Assembly (NCBI GenBank): GCA_047615735.1
Contig: JBLHHU010000003.1
Location: forward strand, 1-41,787
Origin: Kiritimatiellia bacterium
Lineage (GTDB): Bacteria > Verrucomicrobiota > Kiritimatiellia > UBA8416 > JAIOPI01
DNA: 41,787 nt
Direction of reading: 5' to 3'
The position numbers and the translations under genes were made by a program. Of the stretch, positions 1 to 8,852 are shown one piece after another; within the stretch, counting starts at the first letter, position 1, and every line of letters starts with the position of its first letter. Below the pieces are notes generated by a model, which saw nothing but the letters and a program-made list of their open reading frames with translations, searched no databases and was not told the origin of the DNA.

Positions 1-2
1 TC

Positions 3-68
3 AAACTGTGCCCAAAGTGCAAAGGCATCGCTGGTTCGAAGGCATGCTGTGCGAAAAAGGATGAATGA
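3..68 (+). CDS. 3' end of a Cys-rich protein cut by the window edge (…KLCPKCKGIAGSKACCAKKDE*)
   Basis: Manual translation from nt 3 is open to TGA at 66-68 and contains CxxC plus CC. A strong terminator follows. Not in the ORF track because it is partial. Confidence 0.6.
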   Translation, partial: KLCPKCKGIAGSKACCAKKDE

Positions 69-135
69 AGCGCAAGGAAGAAAAAGTGAACGCCGACCTG
101 GTCATCGCCTAATTCATTCGAGTGAGGTGGTATCT

Positions 136-178
136 AAAAAGACGCGGTGCCTTGCGGGGTACCGCGTCTTTTTCTTTT
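136..178 (+). terminator. Rho-independent terminator, probably bidirectional
   Basis: AAAAAGACGCGGTGCC…GGTACCGCGTCTTTTT inverted repeat with one G-U pair, followed by more Ts. The 5' A-tract gives a U-tail on the minus strand. Confidence 0.85.
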
Positions 179-221
179 CAACCTCCGATTGGGGCAACTT
201 GCCCTGCCGCGCCGAAAGCAG

Positions 222-250
222 TTGAGGGCGCGCGCACTTTTGGGTATAAG
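222..250 (+). promoter_or_regulatory. Putative sigma70 promoter of the lipoprotein gene
   Basis: TTGAGG-17 nt-TATAAG, ending 8 nt before ATG 259. Confidence 0.4.
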
Positions 251-258
251 TTCAAAGT

Positions 259-600
259 ATGAATCGATCTTCTTTGAAATCTTTTGCCGTCGTGACCGTC
301 TTTTCCATGGCTCTGACGATGCTGTCCGTTGGCTGTGCCCGTCCGCCGACCGAAAAACCTGTTTATCGCGAAGCACGTCGTGCGATCGAGGCGTTGGAGA
401 CGCTTCCTGAAAAAGCCAAGGTGCTAGCGCTTTCCAAAAGTAAACTTTATATCGGCAAGAGCGCTGCCCGTGCTGACCTGCTTGTGAGACATGTAGGCGG
501 CTTGGAACATTCCTACACGGTGCACCTCAAGCGCGTCGCGCGAACGTGGGTTGCCCAAGATGCTGGCCCAACCCCGCATGCAAGCACGACCGCCAATTAG
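259..600 (+). CDS. Hypothetical lipoprotein (113 aa)
   Basis: Basic N-terminus, hydrophobic stretch and lipobox SVGC. No recognisable domain. Confidence 0.7.
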   Translation: MNRSSLKSFAVVTVFSMALTMLSVGCARPPTEKPVYREARRAIEALETLPEKAKVLALSKSKLYIGKSAARADLLVRHVGGLEHSYTVHLKRVARTWVAQDAGPTPHASTTAN

Positions 601-713
601 CAGACGCTTTACTTGGGGCGATCTGCTGCATGCACCAAGGCGTTGACGGGGTTTCTTCTGCAAGCGCGGCGCCGTCGTCGTGTGCCACCTTTTCTGACGT
701 CGCACGCTGCGTT

Positions 714-1670
714 CTAGGATTTTCCCATTGCACGTAGCTGGTCAATCATATCACGCATGTCGTCCGCGGCTGGGGCACTAAAGGTGAGCCGTTTGCGGCT
801 CTCTGGATGGTGAAACGAAATCTCGCGCGCGTGAAGCATCTGGCGATCCGGCCATGGTGTGGGTCGACGACGCGCGTAGATTGTGTCGCCCAAAATGGGG
901 TGGCCTCGTTTGGCCATGTGTACGCGAATCTGGTGCGTGCGTCCTGTCTCAATGCGGATGTCCAGATGGCAAGCGCGGCCGTCCGAGAAGGCTTCCCTTA
1001 GCGTGAACTCCGTGATGGCCAGTTTGCCATGATCGTCGCTAACAGCCATGCGTTTTCGATCTTTCGGGTGCCGGGCAATTAGCGATTCGATACGCCCGTT
1101 GGGGGGGCGAGGGCATCCTGAGACGATGGCGTCGTAGCGCTTTTCGATCTGTCCGGATTTGAATTGCTGCATGAGCGTGTCCGTCGCCAGGGGTGTCAAC
1201 GCGACGATGAGAACGCCACTCGTGTCGCGGTCCAGGCGGTGAACAATGCCTGGGCGCATATTCGCTTCGCTTGCTTTGAGTTGGGGAAAGCGATGTAAGA
1301 GGGCATTTACGAGGGTTCCGCGGTCGTGTCCCGGGGCCGGGTGCACCACTATTCCCGGGGCTTTGTTGAGCACGGCGATATGATCGTCTTCAAAGAGCAA
1401 GTCAAGGGGGATGGCCTCGGCTTGCGGGATCACGCTTTGTATCTGCGGGACATGCAGTAACAGGTGGTCGCCATCTTGAAGTTTCTGGTGCGGCTTGGGG
1501 TGCATGCCGTTGCGCTGTAGGTGTCCGGCATCGATTAGGCGGCGAATACTGGAGCGTGAATGGTCAGGCAACTGCGTGTCCAACCACGCATCGACCCGCT
1601 GTCCGGTCGCCCGCTTGTCGACGGTCCATTCAAAGTCGTTTTTTGGTTCGTTTTTTTGGTTGGGTTGCAT
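714..1670 (-). CDS. rluD: RluA/RluD-family 23S rRNA pseudouridine synthase
   Basis: N-terminal S4-like domain (RVDAWL…SRSSIRRLI), NKAPGIVVHP, catalytic HRLDRDTSG, ETGRTHQIRVH and QMLHA. Confidence 0.93.
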   Translation of the reverse strand: MQPNQKNEPKNDFEWTVDKRATGQRVDAWLDTQLPDHSRSSIRRLIDAGHLQRNGMHPKPHQKLQDGDHLLLHVPQIQSVIPQAEAIPLDLLFEDDHIAVLNKAPGIVVHPAPGHDRGTLVNALLHRFPQLKASEANMRPGIVHRLDRDTSGVLIVALTPLATDTLMQQFKSGQIEKRYDAIVSGCPRPPNGRIESLIARHPKDRKRMAVSDDHGKLAITEFTLREAFSDGRACHLDIRIETGRTHQIRVHMAKRGHPILGDTIYARRRPTPWPDRQMLHAREISFHHPESRKRLTFSAPAADDMRDMIDQLRAMGKS

Positions 1671-1685
1671 GCGGGTGGCTCAAAT

Positions 1686-2537
1686 CTAGTCGGTAGACGT
1701 TGTGGCGTTGGTTGGCGTTTCTCCGCCGGCCGGACCGTTGTAAATACGCTTCCATTTGAGGGCATAAACGATCAGCGCGACGCCACAGGCCATTAGGCCT
1801 AGGCTGACCCACTGTGCGGTGGAGTGGCGACCCAGTATGAGCCGTTGCGTACCGCGGAAATTTTCCAAAAGAAACCGAGACAGTGGGTAGCTCAGTAGGT
1901 AAACGCCCGCGACGAGCCCAACATTTCGCGATCTGAGGTACAGAAACACCAACAAACCGTAAATGCCCAGATTGGCGGCTGTTTCGTAGAGCTGAACCGC
2001 GTGAACCGGAAGGCTGTGGCTTTGGTGAAGTTCGAGCAGCTTGTCCTGGTGTTGTTGTTGCCAGGGCGCTGAGCCGCGCGGAAAAACACAACCCAATTTC
2101 CCCTGATATGGGCGCCCAAAGCAGCAGCCGTTCATAAAACACCCGATCCGCCCAAGGGCGTGCCCGAGGGGAACCGAAATGACAACGAAGTCGAGCATGG
2201 CGATCAGTGGAATGCCGCGCCGCCTAGCGAGTAGCAGAACGGAAAGGGCGGCCCCGACGAAGCCGCCATAGTAAATCAACCCACCTTCATAGATGCGCAA
2301 CGCGCTCAGCGGGTCTTTGCTGTAGGTCTCGAGGTCGGCGAGTACATAGTTTATGCGGGCACCGAGAATGCCGCCGACCATGACCCAAAAAAGGAGATCG
2401 GAACAATCCTGAAGCGGCCAACCGCGACGCCGACCAATCACGATCCAGTTGATGAGTGCTGCCGAAAAAGCCAGAGCCATAAAGACGCCATACCAGTGGA
2501 TGGTCACGTCACCAAGTTCTAGAAAAATTGGGTTCAT
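1686..2537 (-). CDS. lgt: Prolipoprotein diacylglyceryl transferase
   Basis: MNPIFLELGDVTIHWYG N-terminus (start moved to ATG 2537), GILGAR, GGLIYYGG, GRIGCFMNGCCFG, HAVQLYE and RFLLENFR. Confidence 0.93.
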   Translation of the reverse strand: MNPIFLELGDVTIHWYGVFMALAFSAALINWIVIGRRRGWPLQDCSDLLFWVMVGGILGARINYVLADLETYSKDPLSALRIYEGGLIYYGGFVGAALSVLLLARRRGIPLIAMLDFVVISVPLGHALGRIGCFMNGCCFGRPYQGKLGCVFPRGSAPWQQQHQDKLLELHQSHSLPVHAVQLYETAANLGIYGLLVFLYLRSRNVGLVAGVYLLSYPLSRFLLENFRGTQRLILGRHSTAQWVSLGLMACGVALIVYALKWKRIYNGPAGGETPTNATTSTD

Positions 2538-2700
2538 TGTCGCTTCCGGTTCGGGCTTCACAATTGGAGCAGGTACTATCGCAGGAAACGGGATCGACGA
2601 GCAAGCGCCATCGGTTTTCCTGGCCCGTAGAAGGGCGTGTTTGCAGGCTATGTTGCTTTGCGATTTCGCGCCTGTGTCCCGCTTTCCGCTCTGGCTCTGT

Positions 2701-2721
2701 GTTGAATACGCTTGATTCAAC
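2701..2721. promoter_or_regulatory. 7-7-7 inverted repeat in the divergent lgt/kinase spacer (possible operator)
   Basis: GTTGAAT-ACGCTTG-ATTCAAC. Confidence 0.35.
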
Positions 2722-2807
2722 GCGCACCATATACGAATCTGTTAACCGGACATGCGCCCGCCTCGCGATCGTATTCCAAATTAGGCTTCAGATGGAAAGT
2801 TTCGCAT

Positions 2808-5585
2808 ATGGCCGATGAAGAGACCCAGATTCAGTTAGACCGAATCGATGTGTTCGAATGCAGCGAATGCAACACGGCGCTTGATGTGTCTGATCTTGAG
2901 CCGTTCACCGAGGTCGAATGCCCGAATTGTGAAAAACGCGACAACGTCCCAGCCAAGCTTGGTCAATTCACACTACTGAATCTCATCAATACCGGTGGGA
3001 TGGGGGCTGTGTATCGCGGTCGCGACGACTCTCTTGGCCGCCTTGTTGCCATCAAGGTCATGCTCAAAAGGTTGGGGGAGGACCCCAAAGTGGTCGAAGA
3101 TTTTCAGCGTGAAGCCCAAGCGGCGGCACGTCTTAACCATCCCAATGTTGCCCAGATCTATTCGTTTGGTCAGGAGCACAGCCAGCCCTACATCGTGATG
3201 GAGTTGGTGTCGGGAAAGCGTTTCGACAAAATGATCGACCGTGGTGTACCGCTCGATCCAGCTGTCGTTATGAAGGTGGCGGTAGACATCGCTGAGGGGC
3301 TCAAGGCTGCTGAGGCGATCGGGCTTGTACACGGTGATGTTAAGCCTGAGAATATTCTGTTAGACGAGTCCAACAATGCCAAGCTTGTGGACTTCGGGAT
3401 CGCCAGTTTTGCGGATCAGGCTCAGCCGGAAGGCGGCATCTGGGGCACGCCGTATTACATTGCGCCAGAAAAGGTGACGCAAAAAAAGAGCGACACGCGA
3501 TCGGATATCTACAGTTTGGGTGCATCGCTCTATCATGCGCTTTCGGCCAAACCGCCTTTCGAAGGCAAAACGCCCATCGATGTTGTTCGTGCCCGTCTCG
3601 ATTGCTCGCCCCCACCCTTGGATCTGGGCAACAAGGCGATTCCCAAGGGGATCTCTGAAGTTGTTGCGCGCATGCTCGAACGGGAACCGTCGCGCCGCCA
3701 CCCGACGTATGCGTCCTTGATTAGCGACCTGCGCCGTGAATACGACAGCATCGCAAAGTCGCGCACGGGCCATTTTAATACAGGTGCCGTGGGTAAACGA
3801 ATTCGTATAAAGAAATCGTCGTCGAGCGCCTCGACCCCAACCGTTGCTGCGGATGCGTCTAGGCCTACCGCTGGGCCCGTTAGGCGAACCGTAAAACTGG
3901 CCAAGCGATCGTCGCCCGGGAGGGTCGCCGTCACGACGATTACGCAGAAAACGCCAGAACAGCTCAAGTTAGAGCGAAAAACCCGCCGAAAGGCAAGGGT
4001 CATGCAGGCGACTATTTTCGGCATCATTCTTTTTTTGCTGGGCGGAGGCGGCGTGGCGCTCATGGTGAAAAAGAACCATGATAAAAATTTGGCCGAACGC
4101 AGTCGCGCGAATCGCGTGCGGATCGCCAGCGAAGAGTGCGAGCAACTTCTGTCGAAAGTGAGCGCGCTCAATGGCGTGATTGCGTCGACGGCAAAACGTG
4201 TCGAGCCTCTTATAAAGGTGATTGAAGAAGCGGTACTTTTCGTTGAAGGAAAGCCGCTGAAATCGTTTTATCCGGCTGACCAGTTCATCAAAAACGAGGT
4301 GTTGTCGCTTAAGGAAGATGACGGTGGCGATGATGTCGCGGCGCCTGAAGCGGAAGGTGAATTATCTGCCGATCCATCGGCACCAACCGTCGACGAAAAC
4401 GGTCGCGAAGCACCTTTCGATGCGGAAGGCCGTCGCCCCGCTGCGCCGGCAAAGCCACAGGGCGACGCACCCAAAGCGGTGCCGTCCGACGCGCCTGCTG
4501 CCAAGCGCACAGCGAATGTGGATGAACATGGTCGCGAAGCCCCGTTTGATGCGGAAGCGCGTCCTGCCGCACCGGCTGAGGAATCGGCGGTGGCGAGCGC
4601 GCCAGCGTCAGAAAAAGCACCTGCCGACGCTGAAGACGTCGATGACGCAAGTGCCGATACCAATGTGGTGGACGTTGCAGAGGCTTTTATTGAGAAGATC
4701 ACGAAAGTGCGTGATCCGATCGATGGACCAGAAGTGGTTGTGCTTGCCGATCAAGTTGTCATTTTTTCTGAACGAATTACCGTGCGGCTCAATGAAGTTA
4801 ATGCCCGCGCCCTTTCGGCTGATCAAATGTGGGGCGTCGCTGAGGACGCGCGCGACCCGGCCGTCGCCGAGGCTCAGATTGCTGGCATACAAGAGCACCT
4901 CGATTTCGTGACGCGTTCCAAAGAGGAGGTGTCGGAATGGCTAGACGAGGCCAAGGAACTGACCACGAAGGTGTCTCAGGCACGTGCTGTGATCACGGCA
5001 CAGCGTGAACGTGCTGCGGACTTGGCCGAACAGCAAGCCGAGGCCGAGCGTTATGCTGAAAAGGTGAAGAACGAGCGCGAATTGGTCAGTACACTCGCCG
5101 AGGACGGCGCCCAGCTCATCGTCCAACACAATCTCGATCAACCCGTTAGCGACGCCGAAGCGTTGTTGTTAGATCTTGAAACGCCGGAGGCCAAAGCGGA
5201 TCTGGATGTTGTGTTGGGGCGCTTTCGAATCATTCAAGGTGTCCGCTTGTATTTGATCGCTCAAATCAAAAAGCAACCCTACCGTTGGGGTTGGCGACCC
5301 CATGGCGGTCAGGGCCAAGATATCGTCGCCGCCAACGCCGAGGGAATCACCACATCGTCACAAAAGATTCCCTGGAATGCGATTTCGCTGCCGCTCCTGA
5401 GCAAGATACTTGATCACTATGTCGGGGGCACCGGCGTGCCGCCCAGTGCCAAGGCCAACAATTTGATCGGTCTCGCGTTCTTGTGTCGCCTGAATTCGCG
5501 TGAAGCCGCGGCCGAGCAGTTTGAGAGCAGGGCGACGATGGCTTCGCCTTATGCACAGGCGACCATTGAACGTTTGAAGCCCTAG
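2808..5585 (+). CDS. Membrane Hanks-type Ser/Thr protein kinase with N-terminal zinc ribbon and long C-terminal repeat/coiled-coil region
   Basis: CSEC…CPNC, TGGMGAVY, VAIK, HGDVKPEN, DFG, GTPYYIAPE and SDIYSLG. One TM segment (IFGIILFLLGGGGVALMV). Likely start is ATG 2808 (MADEET). Confidence 0.92.
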   Translation: MADEETQIQLDRIDVFECSECNTALDVSDLEPFTEVECPNCEKRDNVPAKLGQFTLLNLINTGGMGAVYRGRDDSLGRLVAIKVMLKRLGEDPKVVEDFQREAQAAARLNHPNVAQIYSFGQEHSQPYIVMELVSGKRFDKMIDRGVPLDPAVVMKVAVDIAEGLKAAEAIGLVHGDVKPENILLDESNNAKLVDFGIASFADQAQPEGGIWGTPYYIAPEKVTQKKSDTRSDIYSLGASLYHALSAKPPFEGKTPIDVVRARLDCSPPPLDLGNKAIPKGISEVVARMLEREPSRRHPTYASLISDLRREYDSIAKSRTGHFNTGAVGKRIRIKKSSSSASTPTVAADASRPTAGPVRRTVKLAKRSSPGRVAVTTITQKTPEQLKLERKTRRKARVMQATIFGIILFLLGGGGVALMVKKNHDKNLAERSRANRVRIASEECEQLLSKVSALNGVIASTAKRVEPLIKVIEEAVLFVEGKPLKSFYPADQFIKNEVLSLKEDDGGDDVAAPEAEGELSADPSAPTVDENGREAPFDAEGRRPAAPAKPQGDAPKAVPSDAPAAKRTANVDEHGREAPFDAEARPAAPAEESAVASAPASEKAPADAEDVDDASADTNVVDVAEAFIEKITKVRDPIDGPEVVVLADQVVIFSERITVRLNEVNARALSADQMWGVAEDARDPAVAEAQIAGIQEHLDFVTRSKEEVSEWLDEAKELTTKVSQARAVITAQRERAADLAEQQAEAERYAEKVKNERELVSTLAEDGAQLIVQHNLDQPVSDAEALLLDLETPEAKADLDVVLGRFRIIQGVRLYLIAQIKKQPYRWGWRPHGGQGQDIVAANAEGITTSSQKIPWNAISLPLLSKILDHYVGGTGVPPSAKANNLIGLAFLCRLNSREAAAEQFESRATMASPYAQATIERLKP
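4389..4576 (+). repeat. Two diverged copies of a ~20-codon repeat inside the kinase gene
   Basis: VDENGREAPFDAEGRRPAAPA (from 4389) and VDEHGREAPFDAEARPAAPA (from 4518). DNA differences are mainly at third codon positions. Confidence 0.85.
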
Positions 5586-5603
5586 TGCAACGCGGCGTTG
5601 GGT

Positions 5604-6005
5604 TCAGCCGCGCATTTGATCGGGGTCCAATTGGAGTCGGATGTCGCTGAGGCGTGCGGCCGTAAATCGCTCTTGGATTTTCTTGAGCATGCTGCGTTTC
5701 GCCACGCGTGACAGTTCGGTCAACCAGGGCGAGCTGTCCACATAAACGACGAGGCATTTGTTCTGGAGTAGACCCGGTCGTGTATGTGCGGCGACGTCCT
5801 TGCCGACGATGTCGCTCCAGTCATCGGCCATTTCCGTTAACCAGGCCTCCGGCGCGATACCGAGTTTCTTGATTAGCGACTCGATCATGGGTCGCACGGG
5901 CGCGGGGTCTTTTGACGGTTTTGGGGGCGGCCCGGGTGGGATTTGCGCACGTTCGCGCTGCACCTGCCATTGTCCTCGAGTATAGCGACGCGGGTTGGCT
6001 GCCAT
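5604..6005 (-). CDS. DUF721 / DciA-family protein
   Basis: WSDIVGKDVAAHTRP…LVVYVDSSPWLTEL…MLKKIQ matches the DUF721 pattern. Start moved to ATG 6005 to avoid overlap with glyA. Confidence 0.8.
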   Translation of the reverse strand: MAANPRRYTRGQWQVQRERAQIPPGPPPKPSKDPAPVRPMIESLIKKLGIAPEAWLTEMADDWSDIVGKDVAAHTRPGLLQNKCLVVYVDSSPWLTELSRVAKRSMLKKIQERFTAARLSDIRLQLDPDQMRG

Positions 6006-6021
6006 AATATGGGCGTTGCGG

Positions 6022-7704
6022 TTACGGCATTGGGAAGCCGGCCGACAAGTCCTTGATCTGAGTGCGGATGCGCGCATGCGCGTCGTTGTCGTCGAGATCA
6101 GCCAGTACATCAACGATGGCCTTGCCAATGATGTTCATTTCCGCTTCTTTCATCCCGCGCGTTGTCGCCGCCGGTGAGCCGAGGCGAATGCCGGATGTCA
6201 CGAAGGGACTCTTGGTGTCGAAAGGGATGGCGTTCTTATTGACAACGATGCCTGCGCTCTCCAGCGCCCTGGCAGCGTCGCGACCGGTTAGATCGCGGGC
6301 GCCCAAATCGACCAAGAAAAGATGGTTGTCCGTGCCGCCCGACACTAAGCGGTAGCCATTGTCCGACAGGACTTGGCCGAGCGCCTGAGCGTTCTTGACG
6401 GTCTGCTGTGCGTAGTCGCGAAAGCTGTCTTGGAGTGCTTCTTTGAAACACACGGCTTTGGCGGCGACGGCATGCATGAGGGGGCCGCCCTGAATTCCGG
6501 GGAAGACCTGCTTGTCGAGTTCTTTACCAAATGCTTCGCGGCAAAGGACCATTCCACTACGCGGGCCGCGCAACGTCTTGTGTGTTGTGGTTGTCACAAA
6601 CTCAGCGTAAGGCACCGGCGATGGGTGGGCGCCGCCGGCGACGAGGCCGGCAATGTGGGCCATGTCGACCATCAGGTATGCCCCGACGGAGTCGGCGATG
6701 CTGCGAAAGCGTTCGAAATCCAATGTGCGCGAATAAGCACTGGCGCCTGCCACGATCAAACGTGGGCGATGCTCCTGCGCGAGCGCTTCGATTTCGTCGT
6801 AACTGATCGTTTCTTCACCCTGCTGTACGCCGTAGGGCACAAAGTTATAGAGTCGACCGGAAATATTGATGGCGTGACCGTGCGTGAGGTGGCCGCCGTG
6901 GGCCAGATTCATGGCCAACACGGTGTCGCCCGGATTCAGGATCGTCTGATAGACAGCGACGTTGGCGGAACTTCCGGAGTGTGGCTGCACATTGACGTGT
7001 TCGGCTCCAAAAAGTGCTTTGGCGCGGTCGATGGCATAACGTTCGGCTTTATCGACCTCGGCACAGCCTTGATACCAGCGCTTTCCGGGGTAGCCCTCGG
7101 CGTACTTGTTGGTCATCACGCTACCTTGCGCTTCACGCACGGCTCGGCTGGCATAATTTTCTGATGCAATCAGGTTGACCGTGTCCGCCTGTCGGACTTC
7201 TTCGGCCTTGATGCTGGCGTAGGTGTCCGGGTCTGTCGCCAGGATGCTGCTGCCTTCGTTGTTGGCGGCCGACACGGTGTCAATCTTAGCGACGCGGCGC
7301 GCATGGCGATCGGCTTCGGAAAACGCGCCGTCCAACCAACTGTCGATGATGGTTTGCGTGGCCGCGATGTCGGCCAGATCTGCACCCAGGACGAGAACGT
7401 TCGCATTGTTATGTTCGCGAGCCGTTGCGGCCATTTCAGGGGAAACACATAGGGCTGCCCTGACACGGTGAAAGCGATTGGCCGTGATGCTCATGCCAAT
7501 GCCCATTTTGCAAATGAGAATGCCACTGTCGACCAAACCTTGGGATACCTGCTCGGCGACCAGCTGTGCGTAGTCCGGGTAGTCCGCTGCATCCTTGCTG
7601 TGGCAACCAAGGTCGATGGCTTCGATGCCGCGTTGATTCAGGTTGGCGATGATAGCGGCTTTGTGGTCAAAGCCGCCGTGATCTGATCCAATGGCAATTT
7701 TCAT
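6022..7704 (-). CDS. glyA: Fused ribose-5-phosphate isomerase B (N-term ~145 aa) and serine hydroxymethyltransferase
   Basis: RpiB motifs: [37 protein letters not shown] motifs: [47 protein letters not shown] (PLP Lys), GGTDNH. One continuous frame. Confidence 0.95.
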   Translation of the reverse strand: MKIAIGSDHGGFDHKAAIIANLNQRGIEAIDLGCHSKDAADYPDYAQLVAEQVSQGLVDSGILICKMGIGMSITANRFHRVRAALCVSPEMAATAREHNNANVLVLGADLADIAATQTIIDSWLDGAFSEADRHARRVAKIDTVSAANNEGSSILATDPDTYASIKAEEVRQADTVNLIASENYASRAVREAQGSVMTNKYAEGYPGKRWYQGCAEVDKAERYAIDRAKALFGAEHVNVQPHSGSSANVAVYQTILNPGDTVLAMNLAHGGHLTHGHAINISGRLYNFVPYGVQQGEETISYDEIEALAQEHRPRLIVAGASAYSRTLDFERFRSIADSVGAYLMVDMAHIAGLVAGGAHPSPVPYAEFVTTTTHKTLRGPRSGMVLCREAFGKELDKQVFPGIQGGPLMHAVAAKAVCFKEALQDSFRDYAQQTVKNAQALGQVLSDNGYRLVSGGTDNHLFLVDLGARDLTGRDAARALESAGIVVNKNAIPFDTKSPFVTSGIRLGSPAATTRGMKEAEMNIIGKAIVDVLADLDDNDAHARIRTQIKDLSAGFPMP

Positions 7705-7718
7705 CTACGTCATTTCCG

Positions 7719-8192
7719 TCAGTTTGTGTCCAAGTCGTCCAAGTACGTCAGCAATCCCGGCATCGCCGCCTGAAGTGTCTCGCGTGTTTTGCGATACACT
7801 GAGACGCCCATGCCAATGGGGTCCTCAACATCGTCTTTTCGCGCCGCGGGATCAAAGGATCTCATCAGATGGACGCGATCCATGGCGTCCGGGAAAAGCG
7901 ATGCAAAAAGCGATTCGTGAGCGTGAGTCATTACCACAATACAGATTGCAGCGTCAATGACTTCTCGTGATACAGGCTGGCTGCGGTGGCGGGATATTGG
8001 GATGTGCAGTTCTTGCATAACGGCCACCGCTTCGCGACTCGGGCGATGCCCGCGGGCCGCCATCAATCCGGCGGATTGGGATTCCCATGGCGAGGCGGCT
8101 GCCCGCATATGATTGAACAAGTATTCGGCCATTGGGCTGCGGCAAATGTTGCCAGTGCAGACAAAAAGAATGTTTTCGCGCTTTTTGCTCAC
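7719..8192 (-). CDS. Low-molecular-weight protein Arg/Tyr phosphatase (YwlE/PtpA family)
   Basis: ILFVCTGNICRSPMAE P-loop, SAG and DVEDP. Likely GTG start at 8192 overlaps the tsaC stop (GTGA). Confidence 0.9.
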   Translation of the reverse strand: MSKKRENILFVCTGNICRSPMAEYLFNHMRAAASPWESQSAGLMAARGHRPSREAVAVMQELHIPISRHRSQPVSREVIDAAICIVVMTHAHESLFASLFPDAMDRVHLMRSFDPAARKDDVEDPIGMGVSVYRKTRETLQAAMPGLLTYLDDLDTN

Positions 8193-8815
8193 GATTTTGC
8201 CGCCGTTTTCAATGTTTCCAGCGACAGGGCGCCCTCGCGTAGGCATTCCAGTGATGATCCGCTCGCGCGGACCACGCTACTGGCTTCGCCGCCGTCTGAG
8301 GTGCCGTCGTCAATATAGAGGTCGACATGGTTGCCGAGCTGTTCGGCGGCGGCATCGACTGTGCGGGCGGGCGGGGTGCCGGACGTGTTGGCGCTGGTGA
8401 CCAACAGTGGCGATCCGAGGGTTTCGAGCAACGTGCGTGTGAACACATTGTCGGGCACGCGGAATCCCTCTTCTTCGCTTGATGATTCGGGGCAATCGGC
8501 CTGCATGCGCAATACCAAGGTCAGTGCGCCTGGCCAAAATGCGTCCGCCAATCGGCGCTCGCGTTCATTCATGTTGGCACCAAATGCGCTGACGGCGTCG
8601 AGCGATGCCGCTAGATAGGCCAGCGGTTTTTCTGCATCGCGGTGCTTGGCTTTGCGGATGCGATCGCGCGCTCCGGGAACGCGTGGATCCGCGGCCAGAC
8701 CATAGACGGTATCCGTTGGTACAACAACGAGACCGCCGCGACGCAGTACCTCGGCGGCCTCGCCGATGGCGTTTTCGGCTGTCGCTTTTAAAATGGGCTG
8801 TTGAATGTTGGTCAT
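8189..8815 (-). CDS. tsaC: L-threonylcarbamoyladenylate synthase (TsaC/YrdC type, no Sua5 C-domain)
   Basis: PTDTVYGL, KHR…KPL, FWPGALT and TSANTSG. Confidence 0.92.
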   Translation of the reverse strand: MTNIQQPILKATAENAIGEAAEVLRRGGLVVVPTDTVYGLAADPRVPGARDRIRKAKHRDAEKPLAYLAASLDAVSAFGANMNERERRLADAFWPGALTLVLRMQADCPESSSEEEGFRVPDNVFTRTLLETLGSPLLVTSANTSGTPPARTVDAAAEQLGNHVDLYIDDGTSDGGEASSVVRASGSSLECLREGALSLETLKTAAKS

Positions 8816-8852
8816 GCGTTGTGGTGTGGCGTGTGTGCTACGGCGGTCAAAA

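Noticed and set aside
2538-2807. ORF-track N-terminal extensions making lgt and the kinase overlap
   Set aside because: Family-typical N-termini start at 2537 and 2808, so the interval is better read as a divergent promoter region.
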